A stretch of 64,000 nt of DNA from NCBI GenBank assembly GCA_036257595.1, contig DATAFF010000135.1, forward strand, positions 13,858 to 77,857, given 5' to 3'. The stretch is from Aestuariivirgaceae bacterium. Lineage in GTDB: Bacteria; Pseudomonadota; Alphaproteobacteria; Rhizobiales; Aestuariivirgaceae. The translations under genes were made by a program, and so were the position numbers. Position 1 is the first letter of the stretch, and every line of letters begins with the position of its first letter. Shown here piece by piece: positions 21,730-32,696 of the stretch. The notes below the pieces were generated by a model. The model was not told the origin of the DNA, did not search any database, and was given only the letters and a program-made list of their open reading frames with translations.

Positions 21730-22881
21730 ATGAGCAGAAGCCACACATCGCTTGCGATATTGGTCGTGCTCCTTGCCCTCCTGGCGGTCGCCCTTGGCCT
21801 CTATGGCCTGCTTGTGTGGCAGCGCAGTGACGTTGCCTTGACTGGCGCCATCCTGCTGCTCGGCCTTGCCCAATTGCTGTCACTTTTCTGGCGCCGGCGG
21901 CACGCCGCGCGTGGTGATGGCCGGGAAGACGGCGCCGTCCAACGGGACCGCGAGCATCTCGCCGAAAATATCCGCCGCCTCGACCGGCTGAGCGCCGACC
22001 ACGCCGCGCTTGGCGCCGAGCTCGAGCAGGTTCAACAGCGCCTGGCGGCAATCGAGGGCATGGCCGCGCACGCGCCTGAGCTCGAGCAGCATGTCCATGA
22101 GATCGAGGGTGCCATCAGCACGCTTGCCGCCCGCGCCGCCGGCCCTGCCCCCGCAACGATGCGAGGCCCGCCTCGGTCGCCCGTCGAGCTGTTCCTCGAG
22201 CCGGTCGTCCGGATCAAGGAGGCCCGCACCGTCTATTACCGTGCCTCGCTGGCGGAGCTCGGCTCCGACGGCACCTATGTTTCGGTGCGCAAGACTCCCG
22301 CTCTCGATTTCGAATGCTTTCGTCAGGTCGTGCCGGTCGCCCGCCGCTTTCGCGCCCGCAACCGGATCATCGGCATCTTCTGCCCGCTGTCGCCGGCGTC
22401 ATTCAGCGATGAAGAATTCATTTCCCGCCTGCTCGAGCTCCTGCGTCAGGAGCACGACGTTGCCGGCGGGCTGGTTGTCGACATCACTCAGAAGGGCCTG
22501 GCAAGCCTCGCGGAGAGCGGGCTTGAAGGCCTCGCCTGGCTGGCGGAGCTCGGCGCTACCTTCTGCATGTCCCAAACCGATGTCGCCGGACCGGATGTGC
22601 CGGCCCTCTCCCATCTCGGATTTCAGTTTATCGATATCGATGCCGGACTCATCGCCAGGTCGGCGGCGGCTTCCAACCTCTCCGTGCGCGAGCCCGCCCG
22701 CAAGCTGTTCCGCGAGGCCGGCGAGCACGGTGTCAGCGTGATCGCCGCCAACGTCACCCAGGAGCGCGAGCTCGAAGGCGTCCTGGGGTATGCTTCGCTC
22801 GCCCGCGGACCGCTTTTCTCGCCGCCGCGGCGGGTTCTTCACCACGCCGGCGCGCCGACGCTCGAATCCGCCGTCGCTTGA
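21730..22881 (+). CDS. Membrane-anchored degenerate EAL-domain protein
   Basis: Two N-terminal TM helices and a coiled-coil-like middle. The C-terminal about 250 aa is EAL-like in outline (ELFLEPVV..., LGYASLARGPLFSPP), but the catalytic motifs are replaced: EAL->ASL, DDFGTG->SQTDVAG, EGVE->ANVT. Confidence 0.65.
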   Translation: MSRSHTSLAILVVLLALLAVALGLYGLLVWQRSDVALTGAILLLGLAQLLSLFWRRRHAARGDGREDGAVQRDREHLAENIRRLDRLSADHAALGAELEQVQQRLAAIEGMAAHAPELEQHVHEIEGAISTLAARAAGPAPATMRGPPRSPVELFLEPVVRIKEARTVYYRASLAELGSDGTYVSVRKTPALDFECFRQVVPVARRFRARNRIIGIFCPLSPASFSDEEFISRLLELLRQEHDVAGGLVVDITQKGLASLAESGLEGLAWLAELGATFCMSQTDVAGPDVPALSHLGFQFIDIDAGLIARSAAASNLSVREPARKLFREAGEHGVSVIAANVTQERELEGVLGYASLARGPLFSPPRRVLHHAGAPTLESAVA

Positions 22882-22915
22882 CCGGCCGGGGCTGCGCTGT
22901 TAGCCAGCCGACAGA

Positions 22916-23803
22916 GTGATCCCGGAGCGGAGCGAATTGCCACTACCGAAACTTGCAGCGGCCAGTGCGCTGAGCCAGCAGCACCCTGTCTGGCTGTGCG
23001 ACGTCTGGGGCGTTGTTCACAACGGCGCCGCCGCCATTCCAGAGGCCTGCGACGCCTTGATCCGCCACCGCCGCAATGGCGGGGTCGTGGTGCTGCTGAC
23101 CAATGCGCCGCGCCGCTGGCCGCGGGTGGTGGCGCTGTTCGATCGCTTTGGAGTTCCACCGGAAATTTACGATCGTGTGGTGTCATCGGGCGATGTCACC
23201 CGTGGTTTGATCGAAATGCGCGCCGGCCAGAGCATCTTCCATTTGGGTCCTGATCGCGATCATGACCTGACCGTCGACCTGCCGGTCAGATTTACCAGCT
23301 TCGCCGAAGCCGAGGCCGTGCTGTGCACCGGCCTTCTCGATGATCATCTCGAATCGGTGGCCGACTATGAGCCGCTGCTCGCCGAGATGCAGCAGCGCGA
23401 CATGACCATGATCTGCGCCAATCCCGACAAGGTCGTCCATGTCGGCGAGCGGCTGTTCCCTTGCGCCGGCCTGCTTGCCGAGCGCTTTGCCGCAATCGGC
23501 GGTCAGGTCGAGATGGCGGGAAAACCCTATCCGCCGATCTACCGCGCAGCGCTTGACCAGGCGCGCGAGGTCCTGGGCCGGAACTTTGCAGCCGATGAGA
23601 TCCTCGCCATCGGCGACAGCGTGGCGACCGACATGGCGGGCGCCGCTCTCAACCGAATTCCCGCTCTGTTCATCAGCCAGGGCATCCATCGCGAAGAAAT
23701 CGACGGCGTCGGTGGCGAGGGCCTCGCCGCGCTGATCTCTGCCGCCGCTCCCGGCATCGCGATCGTCGGTTACATGGACACCTTGCGCTGGGGTCGCACG
23801 TGA
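22916..23803 (+). CDS. HAD-IIA type hydrolase (TIGR01459-like)
   Basis: WLCDVWGVVHNG...LLTNAPR...IGDSVATDMAGA. GTG start. It precedes ribF, as is common in Rhizobiales. Confidence 0.8.
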   Translation: MIPERSELPLPKLAAASALSQQHPVWLCDVWGVVHNGAAAIPEACDALIRHRRNGGVVVLLTNAPRRWPRVVALFDRFGVPPEIYDRVVSSGDVTRGLIEMRAGQSIFHLGPDRDHDLTVDLPVRFTSFAEAEAVLCTGLLDDHLESVADYEPLLAEMQQRDMTMICANPDKVVHVGERLFPCAGLLAERFAAIGGQVEMAGKPYPPIYRAALDQAREVLGRNFAADEILAIGDSVATDMAGAALNRIPALFISQGIHREEIDGVGGEGLAALISAAAPGIAIVGYMDTLRWGRT

Positions 23804-24807
23804 ACATCCTCGACGCCACCGCCCCGGTTCCTGCCGCGCTCCGTGGCGCATCGGTCGCCATCGGCAATTTCGACGGCGTGCATCGCGGCCACCAGGCACT
23901 GCTCGCCGAAGCGCAACGCGCCGCCGAGGCTGCCGGCAGGCCCTGGGGCGTCATCACCTTCGAGCCCCATCCCAGATCGTTCTTCCGTCCCTCGGAGCCG
24001 GTCTTCCGACTGTCGCCGGCACCCTTGAAGGCTCGCCTCCTGGCAGCGCTCGGGGCGGATTTCATGCTGCCTCTGACCTTTGACGCGACCCTCGCCGGGC
24101 TCGATGCCGAAGCCTTCATCGAGCGCGTGCTCGGCGACAAGGTCGGGGTCGGTCACCTCGTGACCGGGTTCGATTTCCATTTCGGCAAGGGTCGGAAGGG
24201 CAATGCCGATCTCCTGCGCTCGCTCGGGCCCAAGCTTGCCTTCACCCTGACTGAGGTCGAGCAGGTGACCGACCCGAGCCGCAGCGCCCCCTTCTCCTCC
24301 AGCGCCATCCGCTCGGCCTTGCGCCACGGCTCGGTTGCCGCCGCCGCACATGATCTCGGTTATTGGTGGTCGGTGCTCGGCACCGTGACGGCCGGCGACG
24401 GCCGCGGTCAGACCATCGGTTTTCCCACCGCCAATCTGCAGCTCGAGCCTGGAACCGATACGCGCGACGGCATCTATGCCGTCCGGGTGCGCGATATCGC
24501 CAAGCCGCCACCGCGGGCTGGTATGCCCGGTGCGGCCTATATCGGGACCCGGCCGACCTTCGGCAGCGACCGGCGTTTCCTGGAAATTCACCTTCTCGGC
24601 TTCTCGGGAGATCTCTATGACCGCGAGCTCCTGGTCGAGTTCCTCGCCTTCATCCGACCCGACCGAACGTTCCAGGATGCTGCGTCCCTCACCGAGCAGA
24701 TCGCCCGCGATTGCCATGCCTGCGCCCGTGCCGTCGCCGAGATCGACCACGCCGACCCGATGCGGGCCTTTCGTCTCGGCCGATTGCAAGCGGATGGAAA
24801 GATTTGA
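23800..24807 (+). CDS. ribF: Bifunctional riboflavin kinase / FMN adenylyltransferase
   Basis: IGNFDGVHRGHQ...GFPTANL... motifs. GTG start overlaps the preceding stop as GTGA. Confidence 0.92.
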   Translation: MNILDATAPVPAALRGASVAIGNFDGVHRGHQALLAEAQRAAEAAGRPWGVITFEPHPRSFFRPSEPVFRLSPAPLKARLLAALGADFMLPLTFDATLAGLDAEAFIERVLGDKVGVGHLVTGFDFHFGKGRKGNADLLRSLGPKLAFTLTEVEQVTDPSRSAPFSSSAIRSALRHGSVAAAAHDLGYWWSVLGTVTAGDGRGQTIGFPTANLQLEPGTDTRDGIYAVRVRDIAKPPPRAGMPGAAYIGTRPTFGSDRRFLEIHLLGFSGDLYDRELLVEFLAFIRPDRTFQDAASLTEQIARDCHACARAVAEIDHADPMRAFRLGRLQADGKI

Positions 24808-24817
24808 CGATTACCGT

Positions 24818-24846
24818 CTTGACGCGCGGCACCGTCTGAATTATCT
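24818..24846 (+). promoter_or_regulatory. Putative groESL promoter
   Basis: CTTGAC-N17-TTATCT in the ribF-groES intergenic region, 12 nt upstream of CIRCE. It resembles the alphaproteobacterial sigma70/sigma32 consensus. Confidence 0.45.
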
Positions 24847-24858
24847 CCCGCCCGACTG

Positions 24859-24885
24859 CTGGCACTCGCCATAGGTGAGTGCTAG
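24859..24885. promoter_or_regulatory. CIRCE operator (HrcA binding site)
   Basis: CTGGCACTC-gccataggt-GAGTGCTAG compared with the consensus TTAGCACTC-N9-GAGTGCTAA. It lies 67 nt upstream of groES. Confidence 0.8.
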
Positions 24886-24951
24886 CAGAGGCGGAGGGGG
24901 TCCCCCTCGCCTTGAGCCGAATACCCAAATCCGAGGAGATACCGTATGGGC

Positions 24952-25266
24952 ATGAAGTTTCGTCCTTTGCATGACCGGGTGGTCGTGCGCCGGGTCGAGG
25001 AAGATACGAAGACGAAGGGTGGGATTATAATCCCTGACACTGCGCAAGAGAAGCCGATGCAGGGCGAGATCATCGCCGTCGGCCCAGGCGGACGCGATGA
25101 GGCCGGCAAGCTGGTTCCTCTCGATGTGAAGGCTGGCGATTTCGTGCTGTTCGGCAAGTGGTCGGGGACCGAGGTCAAGATCGACGGTGTCGAATACCTG
25201 ATCATGAAGGAATCCGACATCATGGGCGTGCTCGAAGGCCGCTCGGCGAAAAAGGCCGCTGCCTAA
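24952..25266 (+). CDS. groES: Co-chaperonin GroES
   Basis: [14 protein letters not shown]...GGIIIPDTA. Start trimmed by two codons relative to the track. Confidence 0.97.
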   Translation: MKFRPLHDRVVVRRVEEDTKTKGGIIIPDTAQEKPMQGEIIAVGPGGRDEAGKLVPLDVKAGDFVLFGKWSGTEVKIDGVEYLIMKESDIMGVLEGRSAKKAAA

Positions 25267-25314
25267 GCGCTGCCCCGAAACCCCCGTTTCCATAACACTC
25301 TACGGAGCCCATAA

Positions 25315-26949
<1,635 letters not shown>

Positions 26950-26966
26950 GCCATCCGCGTCAGTCG

Positions 26967-27000
26967 AAAGGGCGGTCTTCGGGCCGCCCTTTCCATTTTG
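26967..27000 (+). terminator. Rho-independent terminator of groESL
   Basis: AAGGGCGG-tcttcggg-CCGCCCTT followed by TCCATTTTG. Confidence 0.7.
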
Positions 27001-27104
27001 GCCTCTTCACAGGTTTGTGAAACGACGCGCACCCCCCGCTGAAACCGCAACGTGGCAGGGCTCCGTAATTCGGGTTGCGAGAACACTGAGCAACCTTTTG
27101 AAGG

Positions 27105-27671
27105 ATGAAGCCCATGATCAGGAAGACCCTCGTCGCTTGCGCCCTCGCCGGAACGCTGTTCGCAACCCTCCCCGCCAACGCCGCCGCGGTGATTGTCGGC
27201 GGTCAGCCGATGCTCTCCTCGAAGACCATCGTCGAGAACGCCGTCAACTCGGCCGACCACACCACCCTCGTCGCAGCCGTCAAGGCGGCAGGCCTGGTCG
27301 ACACCCTCAAGAGCAAGGGGCCGTTCACCGTCTTTGCCCCGGTGAATGCCGCCTTCAGCGCTCTTCCGGACGGCACCGTCGACACGCTGCTCAAGCCGGA
27401 GAACAAGGACGCGCTCGTCAACGTTCTGACCTATCACGTCGTCCCGGGCCGCTGGACCTACAGCGAGCTCAAGGCCGCCGTGAAAAAGGGCAAGGGCATG
27501 GCCGAGCTCAAGACCGCCAATGGTGAATGGCTCACCGCCAAGATGAACGGCCCCAACAACATCATCTTGACGGATGGCAATGGCGGCATGGCCAATGTCA
27601 CGGTCTATGACGTGCTCCAGTCGAATGGCGTGATCCACTCGATCGACCACGTATTGCTGCCGAAGTCGTAA
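27105..27671 (+). CDS. Fasciclin (FAS1) domain-containing secreted protein
   Basis: Signal peptide followed by [33 protein letters not shown]...VLTYHVVPG...GVIHSIDHVLLP. Confidence 0.85.
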   Translation: MKPMIRKTLVACALAGTLFATLPANAAAVIVGGQPMLSSKTIVENAVNSADHTTLVAAVKAAGLVDTLKSKGPFTVFAPVNAAFSALPDGTVDTLLKPENKDALVNVLTYHVVPGRWTYSELKAAVKKGKGMAELKTANGEWLTAKMNGPNNIILTDGNGGMANVTVYDVLQSNGVIHSIDHVLLPKS

Positions 27672-27674
27672 GGA

Positions 27675-27747
27675 AGGCAGTCGTCAAATAGGCAGTAGGC
27701 AGTGACCGGCGCTCGACGCCTTGCCTACTGCCTAATGCCTACTGCCT
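27675..27747. repeat. Heptamer-based palindromic element, copy 1 (between fasciclin gene and hisG)
   Basis: AGGCAGT..ATAGGCAGTAGGCAGT-GACCGGCGCTCgacgccttg-CCTACTGCCTAATGCCTACTGCCT. The arms pair over about 15 bp with one mismatch. The right arm overlaps the last 7 codons and the stop of hisG. Confidence 0.85.
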
Positions 27748-28426
27748 CAATCCGCTCCTTCAACATCGCCACCACCGGATGGCCGAGATGCTCGGACCCC
27801 GCCGCCAGCACCGCCTCGGACCTGAGAATGACCCCATCGTCGAGCACCTTGAGGCGGTTGGCCCGCAGCGTCGAGCCGGTGGTGGTGATATCGACGATCG
27901 CTTCGGCCGTCCCGGCCGCCGGCGCTCCCTCGGTGGCCCCCGCGCTCTCGACGATCCGATAGCCGGTGACGCCCTTCTCGGCGAACCAGCGGCGGGTCAG
28001 CGCCGGATATTTCGTGGCGATCTTGAGCCGCCGCCCATGCCTGGCGTGGAACGCCACCGCAATCTCGTCGAGATCGGCCATGGTCGCGACATCGAGCCAG
28101 CATTGCGGCACCGCCACCACCACATCGGCATGACCGAAACCGAGCCGGAGCACCACCTCGATCGCCGCTGAGCCATCCGGCACCGCCTCGCGTAAGAGAT
28201 CCTCGCCGGTCACCCCAAGCGCGACGCTGCCATCCTTGAGCGCCTGGGCAATCTCGATGGCCGACAGAAAGGTGACCTCGACATCGGGCAGAGCGGCAAT
28301 GCGTCCCTGATAGCCGCGCTCGAGTCCGTCGCGGATCACCGCCAACCCGACTTGCGCGAAACATGCCTCTGCGGCCTCGAGCAGGCGCCCCTTGGACGGC
28401 ATCGCCAGGGTGAGCTTCGCCGTCAT
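27725..28426 (-). CDS. hisG: ATP phosphoribosyltransferase catalytic subunit (short form)
   Basis: 233 aa beginning [15 protein letters not shown]... It is coupled to hisZ by a 4-nt overlap. Confidence 0.9.
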   Translation of the reverse strand: MTAKLTLAMPSKGRLLEAAEACFAQVGLAVIRDGLERGYQGRIAALPDVEVTFLSAIEIAQALKDGSVALGVTGEDLLREAVPDGSAAIEVVLRLGFGHADVVVAVPQCWLDVATMADLDEIAVAFHARHGRRLKIATKYPALTRRWFAEKGVTGYRIVESAGATEGAPAAGTAEAIVDITTTGSTLRANRLKVLDDGVILRSEAVLAAGSEHLGHPVVAMLKERIEAVGIRQ

Positions 28427-29604
28427 CGCGTCATCGCGCGGCAGGCCGCCGCGAGCCTCTCGGTGTGGATGGCACAGCCGACCGCCGGCACCGGATAGGG
28501 CGAGCCGATATCGGACAGGAGCCGGTCGTAGCGCCCGCCGCCGGCGATCGCCAGCGCCCGGCCATCGGGATCGGCAGCTTCGATCTGGAACACGAAGCCG
28601 GTGTAATATTCGAGCTGACGCCCGAACACGCCGGCGAAGGTCGCCTCATCGAGCGGCAGGCCGGCAGCCCCCATCAATGCATTGCGCCGGTGGAAGCGGC
28701 GCACCGCCTCGACCATCGGCGAGCCGAGATCGGGCGCCAATCGATCAAGCGCCTTGGCGGTGTCGGTCGGCGAGCCGGAAAGCCCGAGATAGGTCTCGAT
28801 CCTCTGCGCGTCCGCCTGAGCGAGCGGCCTCTCGCTGCGGTCGAGCGCCTTTTCGACCAGCCGGGCCGCGATCTCGCGTGAATTGCGCCCGCCGACCAAC
28901 GCCAGCCCTTCCGCCGCGAGCTGCTGCTCGACCAGCCCGACCGCATCGGCCGCCCCACCCGCCTGCGCGAGCGTGTCGATCAGCCCGGAGATCGAGGTCC
29001 GCGACCGCGTCGCGACCCCGGCCAGCTGATCGAGCAGCGCGTGGAACTGTTTCGGCCGCCAGAACTGATGGCTGAGCCGCCGCCGCCACCGCTCGGGCAT
29101 CGCCAGCGACTGGAGCAGCGCCTCGAACAACCCGAGATCGCCCAGCCGGACGGTGTAGCGGCGCAGGCCCGCCGCCTCCACCGCCGCGACCGTCATTGCC
29201 AGCACCTCGGCCTCGGCAAGCTCGGCATCGCTTGCCCCGAACCACTCGACGCCGGCCTGGTCGAACTCGCTCGGATGCAGCCGATCGGCGCCGCCGGGCT
29301 GGAAGCGAAAAGCCGGGCCGCAATAGCAATAGCGCGCTTCGCGCCGCGGATCGGCCTGATGCGACAGATGGAACCGGCAGGTCGGGACCGTCAGGTCGGG
29401 CCGGAGACAGAGTTCCGCACCCGACGGATCGGTGAAGACGTAGGTGCGCGAGCGGATGTTCTCGCCCGACCTGTCGAGAAAGATATCGGCCGGCTGCAGG
29501 ATGTCGGGCACGATGGTCTCGAAGCCCTGGCCCGCGAACGCCGCCATGACGGCATGCCGGACAGCCTCGAGCTCCTGCCGCTCGGCTGCCGACCTACCCG
29601 CCAC
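28423..29604 (-). CDS. hisZ: ATP phosphoribosyltransferase regulatory subunit
   Basis: 393-aa HisS paralog ([12 protein letters not shown]...GGGRYDRLL) lying between hisS and hisG. Confidence 0.85.
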   Translation of the reverse strand: MAGRSAAERQELEAVRHAVMAAFAGQGFETIVPDILQPADIFLDRSGENIRSRTYVFTDPSGAELCLRPDLTVPTCRFHLSHQADPRREARYCYCGPAFRFQPGGADRLHPSEFDQAGVEWFGASDAELAEAEVLAMTVAAVEAAGLRRYTVRLGDLGLFEALLQSLAMPERWRRRLSHQFWRPKQFHALLDQLAGVATRSRTSISGLIDTLAQAGGAADAVGLVEQQLAAEGLALVGGRNSREIAARLVEKALDRSERPLAQADAQRIETYLGLSGSPTDTAKALDRLAPDLGSPMVEAVRRFHRRNALMGAAGLPLDEATFAGVFGRQLEYYTGFVFQIEAADPDGRALAIAGGGRYDRLLSDIGSPYPVPAVGCAIHTERLAAACRAMTR

Positions 29605-29616
29605 CGCATCCCCCGC

Positions 29617-31059
29617 TCACCGCCGCTGCTCCAGCGCCGCCTTGACCGCCGCGACGAGCTCGGATTCCGGCACCTCGATCTGCGCGGCGCGCGCCGCTCG
29701 CCATTCCTCGCGGCTGTCGATCTGCCGCGCCATATCGGCGCCCGCCGCCAGATCCTTGATCTGGACAACCTTGCGCTCCCGCTCGTCGGTGCCCTGGATG
29801 ACCACCAGCGGCGCGCCGCGCCGGTCGGCATATTTCATCTGGGCCTTCATGCCGGCCGTCCCGAGATACATCTCGGCACGAATCTTTGCCGCCCTCAGTT
29901 CATTCGTGAATTTCTGATAGATTCCCATGTGCTGGCGATCCAACACGAGCACTACCACGGGTGGAAGCGTCTTCTGGGTCTGGGTACGGCCGAGATGCTT
30001 GAGCGCTGCATAGAGCCGCGACACGCCCATCGAGAAGCCGGTGGCCGGCACCGCCTCGCCGCGGAACCGCGCCACCAAATCGTCATAACGCCCGCCGCCA
30101 CCGACCGAGCCGAAGCGCACCTGCTGGCCCGCCTCGTCCATGGTCTCGAAAGTCAGCTCGGCCTCGAAGACCGCGCCGGTATAATAATCGAGGCCCCGCA
30201 CCACCGAGGGATCGAACCGGATGCGATCCTCGCCATAGCCGGCGGCGTCGAACAGTAACCGCATCTCGTCGATCTCCGGAGTCCCCACGAACCCGATCTG
30301 GTGGCCCTTCAGAGTCCTTCCTTCGGCGAAGCTCACGCTTTCGCTGATCTGCTCATCGGTTAGTCCCGCCCCCTTTGTGAAATCCCCGGACTCGTCCTTA
30401 CGCCCCTTGCCGAGTAGCTCCTTCACAGCCTGTGGCCCAAGCCGGTCGAGTTTATCCAGCGCCCGGAGCCAGATCGTTCGCACCTCCAGCGGAATTTTCA
30501 GCTGTTCCTGCACACCGTCCAAGATCTTGCGGCTGTTGAATTTGACGACATAACTGCCGCGCTCGATCCCCAGCGCTTCCAGCGCGTCGGCCGCCATCAT
30601 GCAAACTTCGGCATCCGCCGCCGGGCTCGCCGTCCCCACTGTATCGGCATCGAACTGCATGAACTGCCGGAAGCGGCCCGGCCCCGGCTTCTCGTTGCGG
30701 AACACCCAGCCCGAGCGGTAGCTGCGAAACGGCTTGGCAAGCCCCTCATAATGCTCGGCGACATAGCGGGCGAGCGGCGCCGTTAGGTCATAGCGCAGCG
30801 ACAGCCACTGATTGTCCTCGTCCTTGATCGAGAACACGCCCTCATTGGGCCGGTCCTGGTCGGGGAGGAACTTGCCCAGCGCGTCGGTATATTCGAGGAA
30901 TGGCGTCTCGAGCGGCTCGAATCCATAGGTCTCATAGACCCGCTCGAGGACACGCAGCATCTCCTTGACGCCCTGGATCTCCTCGGCCTCGACGTCGCGA
31001 AAGCCCTTGGGCAGCCGCGCTTTCGGTCGTTCCTGCTGTGGCGATCGGCCCATGGGCAT
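29617..31059 (-). CDS. hisS: Histidine--tRNA ligase
   Basis: LPKGFRDV...[12 protein letters not shown]...[20 protein letters not shown]...[10 protein letters not shown]. Confidence 0.93.
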   Translation of the reverse strand: MPMGRSPQQERPKARLPKGFRDVEAEEIQGVKEMLRVLERVYETYGFEPLETPFLEYTDALGKFLPDQDRPNEGVFSIKDEDNQWLSLRYDLTAPLARYVAEHYEGLAKPFRSYRSGWVFRNEKPGPGRFRQFMQFDADTVGTASPAADAEVCMMAADALEALGIERGSYVVKFNSRKILDGVQEQLKIPLEVRTIWLRALDKLDRLGPQAVKELLGKGRKDESGDFTKGAGLTDEQISESVSFAEGRTLKGHQIGFVGTPEIDEMRLLFDAAGYGEDRIRFDPSVVRGLDYYTGAVFEAELTFETMDEAGQQVRFGSVGGGGRYDDLVARFRGEAVPATGFSMGVSRLYAALKHLGRTQTQKTLPPVVVLVLDRQHMGIYQKFTNELRAAKIRAEMYLGTAGMKAQMKYADRRGAPLVVIQGTDERERKVVQIKDLAAGADMARQIDSREEWRAARAAQIEVPESELVAAVKAALEQRR

Positions 31060-31132
31060 CCCGGAAAATCGTGAAAGTCGTGCCGGGTTCTAGCGAAACA
31101 ACCGCAGCCGGGCAAGCCGCGAGCGTAATTTG

Positions 31133-31978
31133 TCAATCACCCCGCACCACCAGCTGGTTCTGCTCGCCGAGCCCCTCGACCGACAGGCGGATGCGATCGC
31201 CCTCGGCGAGGAAGCGCGGCGGCTTCATCCCCATGCCGACGCCGGCCGGCGTCCCGGTGATGATCAGATCGCCGGCCATCAGCGTCATGAATTGCGACAC
31301 ATAGGAGACCAGGAACCTGACCGGAAAGATCATCTTGGCCGTCGTGCCGTTCTGAACGCGCTCGCCATTGAGCTCGAGCCATAGCGGCAGCGCCTGCGGA
31401 TCAGCCACCTCGTCCCGCGTCACCAGCCACGGCCCGACCGGACCGAACGTGTCGAGCGACTTGCCCTTCACCCACTGCCCCTTGCGCTCGATCTGATATT
31501 CGCGCTCGGACACGTCATTGACCACGGTATAACCGGCGACATGGTTCAGCGCGTCCGCCTCGCTGACCGCTTTGGCCGGCTGGCCGATGAAGATTCCGAG
31601 CTCGACCTCCCAATCCGCCTTGCGGGAGTTGCGCGGCAGGACGATGTCGTCATTCGGCCCGCAGATCGCCGACAGATGCTTGTTGAAGATGATCGGCTCC
31701 TCGGGAACCGGCAGCCCCGACTCCTCGGCATGGTCGGTGTAGTTAAGGCCGATGGCGATGAAGTTGCGGATCCCGGCGACCGGGCAGCCGAAGCGCGGCT
31801 TGCCGTTGATCAGCGGCAGGCCCTCGCCATCGACCGCCTCGAGCTTCTCGAGCTCCTGCGGCGAGATCGCCTCGGGCGTGATGTCGTCGATGATCTTCGA
31901 AAGGTCGCGCAACTTGCCTGACCGATCGATCAGGCCGGGCTTCTCGCGCCCGATGGCGCCATGGCGGAAGAGCTTCAT
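31133..31978 (-). CDS. Fumarylacetoacetate hydrolase (FAH) family protein
   Basis: Trimmed to ATG 31978 (MKLFRHG...). Contains FIAIGLNYTDHAEE...WEVELGIFIG...ITGTPAGVG. Confidence 0.85.
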   Translation of the reverse strand: MKLFRHGAIGREKPGLIDRSGKLRDLSKIIDDITPEAISPQELEKLEAVDGEGLPLINGKPRFGCPVAGIRNFIAIGLNYTDHAEESGLPVPEEPIIFNKHLSAICGPNDDIVLPRNSRKADWEVELGIFIGQPAKAVSEADALNHVAGYTVVNDVSEREYQIERKGQWVKGKSLDTFGPVGPWLVTRDEVADPQALPLWLELNGERVQNGTTAKMIFPVRFLVSYVSQFMTLMAGDLIITGTPAGVGMGMKPPRFLAEGDRIRLSVEGLGEQNQLVVRGD

Positions 31979-32000
31979 GAGTGACCCCCTGTCGGTTTTG

Positions 32001-32696
32001 TCAACGCTCGGGATTCTTGACGATGATGATGTGCAGGCGTTTCGGCCCATGCGCCCCGAGCTCGAGCCGCTGCTCGATATCGCCAGTGCGCGACGGTCCG
32101 GTGATCATGTTGAGGGTGCGCGGCAGCTGACCGGTCCCATAGGCGCCGCGGATGCGGTCGAACACATCCTCATACGACGCGACGATATCGTTACCTTGAA
32201 CGACCGCTATATGGGTCTCCGGCAGGAAGTTCAGCGTCGTCGGATTGTCCGGTCCCGACAACAGGATCAGCGTCCCCGATTCCGCCACCCCGGCCGCTGC
32301 CCGGCTGACCGACACCTCATCGGTCGGTTCCGCCCGCCCGCTCAGCCGTTCGACCGTCGGCGCCGTTTCCCGCCACGGCAGCTCCGACAACAGGCGATCA
32401 TTGCCATGGCGAATTCGCGACGGCAGGTTCTGCTGGCGCAGATAGTCGGCGATCAGCGCCGGAATGTCGGCCGGTTTGTCGGCTTCGGCCACCGTTGCAT
32501 GCACCCCCTCGGCCATCGTCCGGAAGAGTGCGATCCGCGCCGATCGCTCGAGCTGGCCGCGGCGCGGCACCAGATTGCGCGAATGCTGCGACAGCCGTTC
32601 CTCCACCACCCGGCGCCGCGCCGGTTCCTCGCCGCTCACCCCCAGGCCCTGGCGGATGCGGGAGAAGAGCACCGCGCGATGGTCGAGGTCAGCCAT
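32001..32696 (-). CDS. lutC: Lactate utilization protein C (LUD domain)
   Basis: 231 aa with GVAESGTLILLSGPDNPTTLNFLPETHIAVV. Overlaps the lutB stop by 8 nt. Confidence 0.8.
   Translation of the reverse strand: MADLDHRAVLFSRIRQGLGVSGEEPARRRVVEERLSQHSRNLVPRRGQLERSARIALFRTMAEGVHATVAEADKPADIPALIADYLRQQNLPSRIRHGNDRLLSELPWRETAPTVERLSGRAEPTDEVSVSRAAAGVAESGTLILLSGPDNPTTLNFLPETHIAVVQGNDIVASYEDVFDRIRGAYGTGQLPRTLNMITGPSRTGDIEQRLELGAHGPKRLHIIIVKNPER

Noticed and set aside
27041-27068. EcfG/ECF-type promoter (GAAAC ... CGTA) upstream of the fasciclin gene
   Set aside because: It is only a partial match to GGAAC-N16/17-CGTT, with uncertain spacing. That is not enough to call.
27725-31059. hisS-hisZ-hisG adjacency as something unusual
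   Set aside because: HisZ is a known HisS paralog required by short-form HisG. As far as I recall, this clustering is a known arrangement, not novel.
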